A model generated the notes under the pieces. The model did not search any database and was not told the DNA's origin. It saw nothing but the letters and a program-made list of their open reading frames with translations. DNA of 64,000 nucleotides from an uncultured Pelolinea sp. GTDB lineage: Bacteria > Chloroflexota > Anaerolineae > Anaerolineales > Anaerolineaceae. The position numbers were made by a program, and so were the translations under genes. The stretch covers positions 26,065-90,064 of the forward strand of contig CAZBNE010000001.1 of assembly GCA_964493155.1 (NCBI GenBank), given 5' to 3'. Positions 1 through 8,848 of the stretch are shown piece after piece (position 1 is the first letter of the stretch; each line of letters opens with the position of its first letter).

Positions 1-29
1 TCTTCTGTACAATCAACACATATTAATTA

Positions 30-200
30 GCCGCTCTGGTGCCCGATCCCCCGGATGGGAGGGCTCAAAGGCGAAGCCGGTAACCTTTATGGGAAGTCCG
101 GCGCTGTCCCGCAACTGTAAGGAGATCCATCTCCAAGCCAGGACGCCCGCCAGAAACGGCATTATCACCGCCCTCGCGGACAGGAGGTGGAGCATGCCCG
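30..200 (+). promoter_or_regulatory. Cobalamin (B12) riboswitch aptamer
   Basis: Core GGGAAGTCCGGCGCTGTCCCGCAACTGTAA at 91-120 and B12-box-like AAGCCAGGACGCCCGCC at 135-151, matching the cobalamin riboswitch consensus as I recall it. A terminator and a BtuF-like gene follow. Boundaries are approximate. Confidence 0.8.
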
Positions 201-216
201 AAATAATATGAGCAAT

Positions 217-249
217 CCCCTGACCGGAAGGCAGGGGTTTTTTATTTTT
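217..249 (+). terminator. Intrinsic terminator (riboswitch expression platform)
   Basis: Stem CCCCTG(a)CC / GGCAGGGG with a GGAA loop, followed by TTTTTTATTTTT. It sits about 45 nt before the first ABC transporter gene. Confidence 0.8.
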
Positions 250-294
250 CCTCTGCCCTGTTGTTTGATCGACTCTTAATTGTTCAGAGGATTT

Positions 295-1215
295 ATGAAA
301 AGTAGAACTTCAAAATCACTTCTTGTTTTATTGGCAGGTATTTTTCTGGTGAGCTGCAGTCCTGCCAAAAGCCAATCTGGTCCCATCACGCTCAACGATG
401 ACCTGAATCGACAGGTAAGCCTGCAAGCACCCGCGCAGAAAATTATTACCCTGTCGCCCCCGATCACCGAAATGCTTTATGCGATCGGTGCGGGGGAGCA
501 GATCGTCGGTCGTGATACCTTCTCGGACTTTCCTGAGAATGCGAAAACCCTGCCGGATATCGGTGGTGGATTTGGGGATTATGACCTTGAAAAGATCGTC
601 AGCCTGTCACCTGATCTGGTGGTGGCGGGATCCATTAATACACCTGAATTGGTGCAATCGCTTGAAGATCTCGGGCTGAAGGTCTATTACTTATCCAATC
701 CCATTGATCTGGATGGTACTTTTTCAGCTATTAACTCTCTCGCCAAACTTAGCGGCCATGCTAAAGAAGCGGATAAATTGGTAAAGGATCTGGATAAACG
801 GGTCAATGCTGTCAGAACCACCCTGAAAAGCATTTCAACAAGGCCGGTTGTCTATTATGAACTGGATGCAACCGATCCGGCTAAACCTTATACGCCAGGT
901 CCGCTCACTTTCTATACCTCTCTGATCGAGGCCGCTGGAGGCACTAATTTTGGTGCAGATTTATCCGGTGAATGGGTGCAGGTCAGCCTGGAAGCGCTTC
1001 TCAACACAGATCCCGACATTATCCTGCTGGGCGATGCCATGTGGGGAGTAACACCGGAATCTGTTGCGGAACGCCCGGGGTGGGGAGCGTTGACCGCTGT
1101 CAAGGAAGGGCGCGTACTGCCTTTTGATGATAACCTCATTGTCCGCATTGGTCCGCGCCAGGTAGACGGTTTGGAAGCTCTGGCGAAAATTCTACATCCT
1201 GAAGCCTTTGAATAA
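295..1215 (+). CDS. btuF: ABC transporter periplasmic substrate-binding lipoprotein, BtuF/FecB-type (probable cobalamin binding)
   Basis: Signal peptide with lipobox LVSC. Family-typical layout (ITLSP...DLVV...DIILL). Sits downstream of the B12 riboswitch. ATG 295 preferred over TTG 280, but the start is uncertain. Confidence 0.7.
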   Translation: MKSRTSKSLLVLLAGIFLVSCSPAKSQSGPITLNDDLNRQVSLQAPAQKIITLSPPITEMLYAIGAGEQIVGRDTFSDFPENAKTLPDIGGGFGDYDLEKIVSLSPDLVVAGSINTPELVQSLEDLGLKVYYLSNPIDLDGTFSAINSLAKLSGHAKEADKLVKDLDKRVNAVRTTLKSISTRPVVYYELDATDPAKPYTPGPLTFYTSLIEAAGGTNFGADLSGEWVQVSLEALLNTDPDIILLGDAMWGVTPESVAERPGWGALTAVKEGRVLPFDDNLIVRIGPRQVDGLEALAKILHPEAFE

Positions 1216-1216
1216 A

Positions 1217-2242
1217 ATGCAAAAGCTTGCCCGTCCCCAGTTTCTGACTATTGCCATCCTGTTGGTCGCTATACTGCTCAGTATCGGGGTTGGCAGTATC
1301 TTCATCCCAATCAATACCATTTTTGCCACTTTGTGGGACGCTCTGAGGAACTTGCCACCAGCCACAGCGCAAGCTGAAAAACTTCGCGTCATTCTTTTTA
1401 CACTGCGTTTGCCGCGCACATTGTTGATGGCTTTAACGGGTGCGGCTCTTGCAGGCAGCGGAGCCGCATACCAGGGTTTGTTCCGTAATCCGCTGGCTGA
1501 TCCCTACTTGATTGGTGCAGCTTCCGGGGCAGGCCTTGGTGCGGTGTTTTCGCTTTCATCCAATTGGCCTTCCAGCCTATTGGGTTTTCTGGCTGTGCCG
1601 CTGACAGCTTTTATCGGCGCACTGGTCACCGTTTTCACCGTTTATTCTCTCTCAAGAGTCGGTAACACGCTGCCTGTTACCAATCTGATTCTGGCAGGTG
1701 TGGCTGTCTCTTCTTTCGCTACAGCCCTGACCTCTTTCCTGATGATCAATGCCAGCGGCGAGCTGCGCCGGTCATTGGTTTGGCTGCTGGGCGGCTCAAA
1801 TTTGGCTGGCTGGAAACCCGTCATCGGCCAACTGCCATATGTCCTCATCGGGTTAGCTGCCCTGGTTGCTATGTCTTATCGATTAAATGTCCTGCAGCTT
1901 GGCGATGAACAGGCACAGCAGCTGGGTATCAATGTTTCCCGCAGTCGAACGATCATCATCCTGGCAGCCACACTAGCTACTGCCTCCGCGGTGGCTTTTA
2001 CCGGTATCATCGGTTTTGTAGGGCTGGTCGTACCGCATATCATGCGCCGCCTGTGGGGAGGGGATGTCCGGCGCTTGATGCCGCTCTCCATCCTGGGCGG
2101 AGCCTCTTTTTTGCTGTTGGCAGACATCCTCGCCAGAACATTAATGGCGCCGCAGGAGTTGCCAGTTGGCATCATTACCGCGCTCGCCGGTGCGCCCTTT
2201 TTCCTGCTCATTCTGCGGCAGTCACGGCGGGAGGTGTGGTAA
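1217..2242 (+). CDS. btuC: ABC transporter permease, FecCD/BtuC family
   Basis: Polytopic membrane protein with typical FecCD motifs (LRLPRTL, GAALAGSGAAYQGLFRNPLADPYLIG). Alternative TTG start at 1208. Confidence 0.8.
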   Translation: MQKLARPQFLTIAILLVAILLSIGVGSIFIPINTIFATLWDALRNLPPATAQAEKLRVILFTLRLPRTLLMALTGAALAGSGAAYQGLFRNPLADPYLIGAASGAGLGAVFSLSSNWPSSLLGFLAVPLTAFIGALVTVFTVYSLSRVGNTLPVTNLILAGVAVSSFATALTSFLMINASGELRRSLVWLLGGSNLAGWKPVIGQLPYVLIGLAALVAMSYRLNVLQLGDEQAQQLGINVSRSRTIIILAATLATASAVAFTGIIGFVGLVVPHIMRRLWGGDVRRLMPLSILGGASFLLLADILARTLMAPQELPVGIITALAGAPFFLLILRQSRREVW

Positions 2243-2245
2243 GCC

Positions 2246-3016
2246 ATGCTGCTCAGGGTTAACCTCATTTCTGCAGGTTATGCTGGCAAAGTCATTCTCA
2301 GGGATATTCATTTTGAGCTGCCTGCTGGGCGCATCCTGGCGCTAATAGGACCAAATGGATCAGGTAAAACCACGCTGATCCGTGCATTGAGCGGTGTGCT
2401 GCCAGTTATGGAAGCGGAGGTGCACATCAATGGCACCAACCTTGCCCGATCAAATCAGCAAGAGCGCGCCCGCCTGCTGGCGGTGGTACCGCAGAGCACA
2501 TATATACCTCCTGCATTTATAGTAGATGAAGTTGTAATGATGGGTCGCACACCCTATATCAACTGGTTGGGAAGCACTACACAAAAAGATTCGGAAATTG
2601 CCGAAAGGGCAATGGCTTTGACAGATACCATAAATTTTAAGGGTCGCATGAGCGGGGAACTTTCAGCCGGGGAACGTCAGCGCGTCATTCTGGCACGCGC
2701 CCTGGCGCAGGATACGCCTGTGTTGCTTATGGATGAACCCACATCTCATCTTGACCTGCGTTACCAGATTGAATTCCTTGAACTTTCGGTCAACCTGGCC
2801 AGGGAGCAGAATAAAACCGTGCTGATCGCGCTGCATGACCTGAACCTGGCAGCGCGCTTTGGGGACGAGGTTCTGGCGATGAAGGACGGCACCATCGCGG
2901 CACTGGGAAAAACAGAAGAGGTCCTGCAATCGTCAACCATTGAACGAGTTTTTGGGCTGGCGGTGGATATTGTTAATGTGCCTGACAAGAAGCAGTTATT
3001 AATTGTCCCGGAATAG
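2246..3016 (+). CDS. btuD: ABC transporter ATP-binding protein, BtuD/FecE-like
   Basis: Walker A GPNGSGKTT, signature LSAGERQR, Walker B LLMDEPTSHLD. Confidence 0.85.
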   Translation: MLLRVNLISAGYAGKVILRDIHFELPAGRILALIGPNGSGKTTLIRALSGVLPVMEAEVHINGTNLARSNQQERARLLAVVPQSTYIPPAFIVDEVVMMGRTPYINWLGSTTQKDSEIAERAMALTDTINFKGRMSGELSAGERQRVILARALAQDTPVLLMDEPTSHLDLRYQIEFLELSVNLAREQNKTVLIALHDLNLAARFGDEVLAMKDGTIAALGKTEEVLQSSTIERVFGLAVDIVNVPDKKQLLIVPE

Positions 3017-3154
3017 GAATTTGATGTTCGATTTCCTGAAAGGGGCTTGATCCTTTAGGTCTAAGTTAATTCGAGAAGGTTAAAGCCATGCTTTGATATA
3101 ATCCGCAGCAATAAAGGAATTCTGTCTGTTTTTTAATGGATTTTCAAGGAAAAA

Positions 3155-4738
3155 ATGGCTGTTACCCAAAAGAAAACTTTATTAGTGCTCATGCTTTTAG
3201 GGTTGCTTTATTTCGGCATTTTCATTTTCGCCAATCGGCTGGGTGCCAAAAATGTGGATATGATGGCTGTTTTTGAAGTTGACGAGTATGCCCAGTATCC
3301 ATATCTTGCTCCGATGCTCAGTGGTGGGGGTTCCATTAAACAAGTTGTACGCAATTTTATGGTTTATGGGCATTATTACTACGGTTATCCATTCTACTTT
3401 TTCTCTGGTTTGGTTCTGCTGCCGCTTCGTCTGATCCTGGGGCAAAGTTGGACTGCCAACACCCAATTGAGTATGCTTATCCTGAGACAGATGGTTAATG
3501 TGCTGCCCAACCTGCTCAGCGCCCTGGTATTGACCACCTTTGCCACCCAATTACGTTCCTTCTGGAAGAGTATAGCGATATTCTCCCTGTTATTGATTAC
3601 CCCCGCGCTTGTGAACAATGGATTCTGGTGGCATCCGGATGGGCTGGGGCTTTTATTCGTATCGCTTGTTTTTCTGTGTTTATTACTGGATAAAATGCAA
3701 TTCGGTCAGTTCTTCCTTTTGGCATCTGTTTGCGCAGGATTAGCCGCAGGAGTCAAGTACCTCGGGCTGTTTTTTTTCTTCACGATACCTGTCTATTTGA
3801 TCACGGGAGTCATAGAGAAAAAAATCTCTGTCAAGGCTGCTGCACTAAAGGGTGCTCTTTTTCTGGTGGTCATGCTGCTCGTAGTAGTCATATCCAATCC
3901 ACTTTTGCTGCTGCCGCTTGAGAGGTCTGAACTGATTGCAACACAGCTAAGGCAATTCTCGCGTACCAGCGCAGGTGAAATAATGGGTCGACAGTCGATT
4001 CTTGAAGGTACACAGCTGCCAGGTTGGTTGACGGAACAATATGGCAGCCTGCCCTTTCTGCTATTCGTCAGCGCTGCACTGATTTACGGCTTTTTCAAAC
4101 CCGAGAACAGGATGAAAGCATTATTGATCGCCTCTTACATCCTTCCGCTTTCAATGGTGATATTAAGCGGCGCGCTTCAGCGTCAGCATTACTGGTTGCC
4201 GGTCTTTCTGCCAATGGCAACTTCAATGACCTTCCTTATGCCTGAGTCAATCTCAAGCTTATTTATAAAACCAGTAAAGTGGGCGCAAATTCTGCTCCTG
4301 GGTTTATTAACTGTACAAGGCGTCATTTTTACCCATACCGATTTCAACCGTTTTGATCAAATGTTAAAACGCGAGCAGCAATCCGCGAGTCTGACTTTTT
4401 ATCAAGATGTCAAGGATCTATTCTTCAAGGATAACCAATCTGTCAGTGTGTACAGGGACTGGAAAGTTTATTTTCCTTCAGACGAACAGACTGGGGTTTT
4501 TATGGATTGGGATCTGGCCAGTTACGAATTGATCTCTCAAAGGCAGCCAGATTATCTTTTACTGGAGAAGGTGAATGTGCTCACCTATGGAAATGAGAAT
4601 TTTCTGGCGAGTTCTGCTGATCCTGAACGCCTGTCCCCGATGCACCTTTTTTACTCAGATGCATTAAAGGATAAGATCGAGGGATATCATTTGATTTTTT
4701 CAGACGATTTTGGATTGGTTTTCCAACGGATTGTGTAA
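3155..4738 (+). CDS. Large polytopic membrane protein, possible GT-C fold (PMT/ArnT-like) glycosyltransferase
   Basis: More than 10 predicted TM helices. A DE motif in the first loop (FEVDEYAQYPY), as in GT39/ArnT enzymes. C-terminal soluble domain. Family call is tentative. Confidence 0.45.
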   Translation: MAVTQKKTLLVLMLLGLLYFGIFIFANRLGAKNVDMMAVFEVDEYAQYPYLAPMLSGGGSIKQVVRNFMVYGHYYYGYPFYFFSGLVLLPLRLILGQSWTANTQLSMLILRQMVNVLPNLLSALVLTTFATQLRSFWKSIAIFSLLLITPALVNNGFWWHPDGLGLLFVSLVFLCLLLDKMQFGQFFLLASVCAGLAAGVKYLGLFFFFTIPVYLITGVIEKKISVKAAALKGALFLVVMLLVVVISNPLLLLPLERSELIATQLRQFSRTSAGEIMGRQSILEGTQLPGWLTEQYGSLPFLLFVSAALIYGFFKPENRMKALLIASYILPLSMVILSGALQRQHYWLPVFLPMATSMTFLMPESISSLFIKPVKWAQILLLGLLTVQGVIFTHTDFNRFDQMLKREQQSASLTFYQDVKDLFFKDNQSVSVYRDWKVYFPSDEQTGVFMDWDLASYELISQRQPDYLLLEKVNVLTYGNENFLASSADPERLSPMHLFYSDALKDKIEGYHLIFSDDFGLVFQRIV

Positions 4739-4827
4739 TTTTTTATTAAATCAGTTATGGAAAATAAGTCCTGGATTCACTATTCTAAATTAGAATAAAT
4801 TTCATAATGTTTCCGGAGGTTTGTCAA

Positions 4828-5304
4828 ATGAAAGCGCTTATTGTTTACGATTCATTTTTTGGAAATACTGAAAAGGTTGCCATGGCGATTGGAGGTGCCT
4901 TGGGCAGCTCGAAGGATATCAAAGTCAGCCGGGTTAGTGAAACAAACATAGACCAGTTAAAAGGATTGGAGTTCTTGATCGTTGGATCGCCCACCCGGGC
5001 GTTCAGTTCAACACCTGCAATAAAAACCTTCATCAAGGATCTTCCCCGGGAAAGTCTTGCAGGTATTAAAGTGGCTGCCTTTGATACACGTATGAAGATC
5101 GATGAAAAAACACCGGGCATTCTGCGGTTTTTCGCTGGTATTTTTGGCTATGCCGGCAAGCCAATTTTGGACGGTCTGGTTAAAAAAGGCGGCGAACAAG
5201 TTTTACCAGAGCAAGGTTTTTTTGTTAATGATTCTGAAGGTCCTCTGGCAGATGGCGAACTTGATCGGGCAGAGGATTGGGCTAGAGAGATCAAAAATTT
5301 TTGA
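4828..5304 (+). CDS. Flavodoxin family protein
   Basis: N-terminus MKALIVYDSFFGNTEKVA (flavodoxin phosphate-binding loop). GGAGG lies 9 nt upstream of ATG 4828. Confidence 0.8.
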   Translation: MKALIVYDSFFGNTEKVAMAIGGALGSSKDIKVSRVSETNIDQLKGLEFLIVGSPTRAFSSTPAIKTFIKDLPRESLAGIKVAAFDTRMKIDEKTPGILRFFAGIFGYAGKPILDGLVKKGGEQVLPEQGFFVNDSEGPLADGELDRAEDWAREIKNF

Positions 5305-5688
5305 TCATTTTTTATGCTCCCTGATTTCACTCTGTGAACTTCTTTATATAATTACAGAGCGTTTCGATTCATAGATAGAGTTAAATTCAAGTATCAACAG
5401 GATTAATATCAATCGGTTATTTAATTACCGATCCCTTTCTATCCTCCTGCAGGTATTTTTCTCCGCCCCCATGATATTGATCAATACAACGGTTGTGAAC
5501 TCTGAGTTTTATCAGGCCTTAAGTGATTATATTAACTGGCAAGATTACAATTTGGATTTTTTGATTGCGAATGATTCAAATTAATAATTTTTATTATTAA
5601 TTATGTATAATTAATTACGCATGTTGGCCAAATTTTAATCGTTTTTTATGATCTTTTTATTTTTGATAAAAGGGAGCTAGCAAATAGA

Positions 5689-6810
5689 ATGAAAAGATTA
5701 CTTAATTGGCTCGGGATTGGCAACGCTTTTAACAAGGGGTTAATCGCCAGGATTTTGGTCATTTTGTGTCTTCTATTCGTCCTTTTTGGACTGGTATTCG
5801 TGGCCACACGCCTCGTTGTCAGTTTAATCCCCGGACTACCGGATGCCCACTGGACTGATCTGGTTATTGAATCTGCGATCTTTTTCTCCGGCCTGATCGC
5901 ACTCAGGGAAATACGCTCAGACCACTTGCGCACCGCAAGCAGGGTAATGCTGGGTGCCTTGTTGATCGTTGTCACCATGCAGGCATACGTCATTGGCGAT
6001 CCGGCAAACGATATTGGTGGAGCAATGGGGCTGCTGTTGTTTGCTTTTCTCGCGATTTTGCTCTTGGATCGATGGGATCGTTGGGTAGCAGTTGCATTGG
6101 TTATCCTGATCTTCATCGGATTGATCGTTTTGGCTGCATCAGGAAAACTGCCGCCTGTCATTCAATTGGACCCCTTAAGCAAGACGTTATATATACTTTT
6201 TGTTTGGCTCGCGGTCAGTATCATTATCGCGTTTGTCCTGATCGCGGCAATGGGAGCCATGCGGCGCGAACCGCATCTGATCGAACAATCCATCAAAGAT
6301 TCTGAACAGATAAAAGACCTGGGTGATACCCGCAACAGTGTCGCTTTTCTCAGCACTCATGATGCCCTGACAGGCTTGTATAACCGTCTGTTCTTCGAAG
6401 CTGAGTTCGCTCGTCTGGAGAAAAGCCGTCTCTACCCCATCAGCATCATTTCAGCGGAAATTGATGAGCTAAAAGCGATCAATGAAGTTCACGGGAAAAG
6501 CGCCGGTGACCAGATGTTGATTGCAGCGGCACAGCTTTTTACAAAGGTCTTCCGCCAGGAAGATATCATTTCGCGCTACAGCGGAGTTGATTTCGTTATC
6601 TTATTACCGGGTGCGGATGCCAAAGTGGTTGAGGCCGTTGTTAACCGTGTTAAAAAGCAGCTTGACTCATACAACAAAGCGCATGCCAAGCTCCCCATGA
6701 AGCTCCAGCTGGGTTTTTCCACCGCGGTGCAGGGTGAATCTTTAAAAGGCCATTTAATAATTGCCCGCGAGGTTCTTGAGCATAATAAATTATCCAAAGT
6801 TTCCGCGTGA
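5689..6810 (+). CDS. Membrane-anchored GGDEF-domain protein with degenerate active site (SGVDF) and intact I-site
   Basis: About 5 TM helices, then a GGDEF fold (HDALTGLYNR ... RQEDIISRYSGVDFVILLPG). RxxD lies 5 residues before the degenerate motif. Confidence 0.8.
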   Translation: MKRLLNWLGIGNAFNKGLIARILVILCLLFVLFGLVFVATRLVVSLIPGLPDAHWTDLVIESAIFFSGLIALREIRSDHLRTASRVMLGALLIVVTMQAYVIGDPANDIGGAMGLLLFAFLAILLLDRWDRWVAVALVILIFIGLIVLAASGKLPPVIQLDPLSKTLYILFVWLAVSIIIAFVLIAAMGAMRREPHLIEQSIKDSEQIKDLGDTRNSVAFLSTHDALTGLYNRLFFEAEFARLEKSRLYPISIISAEIDELKAINEVHGKSAGDQMLIAAAQLFTKVFRQEDIISRYSGVDFVILLPGADAKVVEAVVNRVKKQLDSYNKAHAKLPMKLQLGFSTAVQGESLKGHLIIAREVLEHNKLSKVSA

Positions 6811-7102
6811 GCTTCAGCCCAATTAGTTTTTAACGTTTGTAAATCCAACCTTCAATTCAAATCCTGATCCAAGTTCAGTGACGGTTCTTTTAAAAATGAA
6901 CATCCAAGCAATGGTAACTGGCTATGCTGTAAGGACGCGAAATACTGGGCAATCCCTGCAATCCTCAACTTGCCGCGCAGATGTTCAGCAACCAATGCCT
7001 GTGCCTCCCCAATATCTGTTGCCTTTTGGTCGTTTTTTATTTAGCTGACGAAAAGGCACGCAGGTTTACAGGGTAGGTAAAGCCGACCCCGATCATTTCA
7101 AG

Positions 7103-7350
7103 GGTTTGGATCCGCGCCTTCACCCACGCGTTCAGCATTACACCCGATATTGAAAATTTTTTCAAAGGCCTTTCCGTTAAAAGTCAGGCAGATATCAAGT
7201 GTGCCTTCTTCGATTCGCGTAAGAAGATCGACACGAATACTCTCAGGATTTTGTGTTTTTTCGCTGGTATTTTCGGCTTTGCCGCCAAACCGATTCTTAA
7301 CGGTTTGATTAAAAAAGGTGGTGAGCAGGATGCCCACTGGCAAAGGGTGA
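7103..7350 (+). pseudogene. 5'-truncated flavodoxin paralog remnant
   Basis: In-frame translation THAFSITPDIENFFKGLSVKSQADIKCAFFDSRKKIDTNTLRILCFFAGIFGFAAKPILNGLIKKGGEQ aligns with residues ~57-128 of the 4828-5304 flavodoxin. There is no start codon, the FMN phosphate loop is missing, and the C-terminus diverges. Confidence 0.7.
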
Positions 7351-7693
7351 GCTTGAATGGCAGCAGCCTGTGTAAATCAAATCGAATATTTTTATATTTG
7401 TGCTTTTCACATAATCTCTATACATTTTTAGGTCAGTGAGGATCATCTGGCTTTAATAAAATGCAATAACCATGGCCATGCGAATTTGTACAATATGGAT
7501 CATTAGCAGTATTTTTAATAGAAATCTGGGTGTCATTTGGGCACCCAGATTATTAATTCAAGGATGTGTATGTAAAAAAATCCTTATTTTTTTCTTAATA
7601 ATTCATGCTGGTTTATGGTTCTTCGGCAGGCTCTTCGGTTGGCTTTTCTGAAGGTATAGTTGTGGGTGCTCGAGTGGGTGCAGGTTGATAAAT

Positions 7694-8263
7694 TTATGAA
7701 CTTTCTACCTCAATTAGGACAAAGATGCGCCCAAATTTGACACCGTTATTGGCTCTTAATCGCCAGTATCCAGTGTAATTACCCTCCTGGTTGGGTGCAG
7801 ACAACTGCACCAAGATTTCTGTATGATCACCAGGCGCAACATATTCATTCATTCGTACAGAATTGGGACCACCCATTTGGTCACCGCTGGAGAATACCAG
7901 GCGGTAGTCCGGCGTCCAGGTGCAGGAACCAGTGTTGCGCAGGATCCAGCTTTTAGGAAATGCTTCGCCGGATTTGAAGATTGTTCCATCAGGTACTGAT
8001 TCGCCGATCAGCAGCGCCTGATAACAGGGAACTGGAGCATCATCTGGTTCGGGCGCCAGCGTTGCGGTAGGCGGCACTTCTTCGCTGACAAGCACAGGGG
8101 CTTGTAATGCGGTGGCTGTCTTTTTAACAGAACGGGCCTGCATTGTCATTGCAACCGCACCCGCAATAAAGTCGGCATTATGTTGAGCGCTGTTTGGCAC
8201 GATGCAGGCTGCACTGACCATCAAGAGTAATACCACGATTAAAAATACTCTTTCTATTTTCAT
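7694..8263 (-). CDS. Secreted protein with NBR1-like Ig domain
   Basis: Signal peptide, Pro/Thr/Ala linker, then the pattern VPDGTIFKSGEAFPKSWILRNTGSCTW...GNYTGYWRL typical of bacterial NBR1-like domains. GGAGGG RBS. Confidence 0.7.
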   Translation of the reverse strand: MKIERVFLIVVLLLMVSAACIVPNSAQHNADFIAGAVAMTMQARSVKKTATALQAPVLVSEEVPPTATLAPEPDDAPVPCYQALLIGESVPDGTIFKSGEAFPKSWILRNTGSCTWTPDYRLVFSSGDQMGGPNSVRMNEYVAPGDHTEILVQLSAPNQEGNYTGYWRLRANNGVKFGRIFVLIEVESS

Positions 8264-8451
8264 CTGTCACCCTCCAATGAGCTGCAAAAATAAAAAATAT
8301 TTTTTGTCAAAGATATTATAGCAATTTAATTAGAAATTCATCTTTTTCTCAAAAAAATTATTCGGTTTAATGGTGAAAAAGTTGCTTTACCTCAATGTAT
8401 TTGAATCCTCTATGTGTAAATCCTATAAGATCTCTTGCCATGGTTTTTTAT

Positions 8452-8491
8452 CAAAAAACGCAAAAAGTACCGCCGGCTTGGGAGCGACGGT
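8452..8491 (-). terminator. Candidate intrinsic terminator downstream of c-di-GMP riboswitch copy 1
   Basis: Minus-strand RNA ACCGUCG-loop-CGGCGGU (7 bp including one GU), followed by ACUUUUUGCGUUUUUUG. Confidence 0.5.
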
Positions 8492-8711
8492 CTTTTATCT
8501 AAATAAAGAAAGGGCAGATCCTGCACTCATCATCTGTCTGATCACCGCCGCCTATGAAGGTTGTTCAGACGTTATATAACCAGGTGCTGCCCTATCTTTT
8601 AATTTAGTATCAAGACGTTTCGGCATATAAAAAGCGAGCTTAGCTTTTGCCAAGTCCGCCTTTAATACTGTTTGTGTCAGAAACTTCTGTCTGAATTCTT
8701 CTTAAAGAAAA

Positions 8712-8806
8712 TCAGACTTTCGGCGGCCTGGCGATCCATTCCGGTTGACCGGTTTTAGACCCATAGCTTTGCGCCCCTGCCTTTTGGCAGGTTTGCCTTT
8801 ATCGTG
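8712..8806 (-). promoter_or_regulatory. c-di-GMP-I (GEMM-I) riboswitch, copy 1
   Basis: Minus-strand RNA GGCAAACCUGCCAAAAGGCAGGGGCGCAAAGCUAUGGGUCUAAAAC...GAUCGCCAGGCCGCCGAAAG matches the GEMM-I core as recalled from Vc2 (GCAAA, hairpin, ACGCAAAGCC..GG.CUAAA). It covaries with copy 2. Confidence 0.8.
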
Positions 8807-8819
8807 TCCTGATGTATAT

Positions 8820-8848
8820 ATATTACAACTATAAAATCAAAATGTCAA
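8820..8848 (-). promoter_or_regulatory. Sigma70-type promoter for riboswitch copy 1
   Basis: Minus strand: TTGACA (8848-8843), 17 nt spacer, TAATAT (8825-8820). The aptamer begins about 15 nt downstream. Confidence 0.6.

Noticed and set aside
6895-7020. Possible regulator (LysR/AraC-like) remnant on the minus strand (…LVAEHLRGKLRIAGIAQYFASLQHSQLPLL…)
   Set aside because: The open frame is short and the resemblance to HTH regulators is too vague to support without a database search.
8370-8579. 69-aa plus-strand ORF in the riboswitch-to-gene gap, and a 24-codon minus-strand ORF (MPKRLDTKLK...)
   Set aside because: Neither has an SD, the composition is not coding-like, and no family is recognisable.
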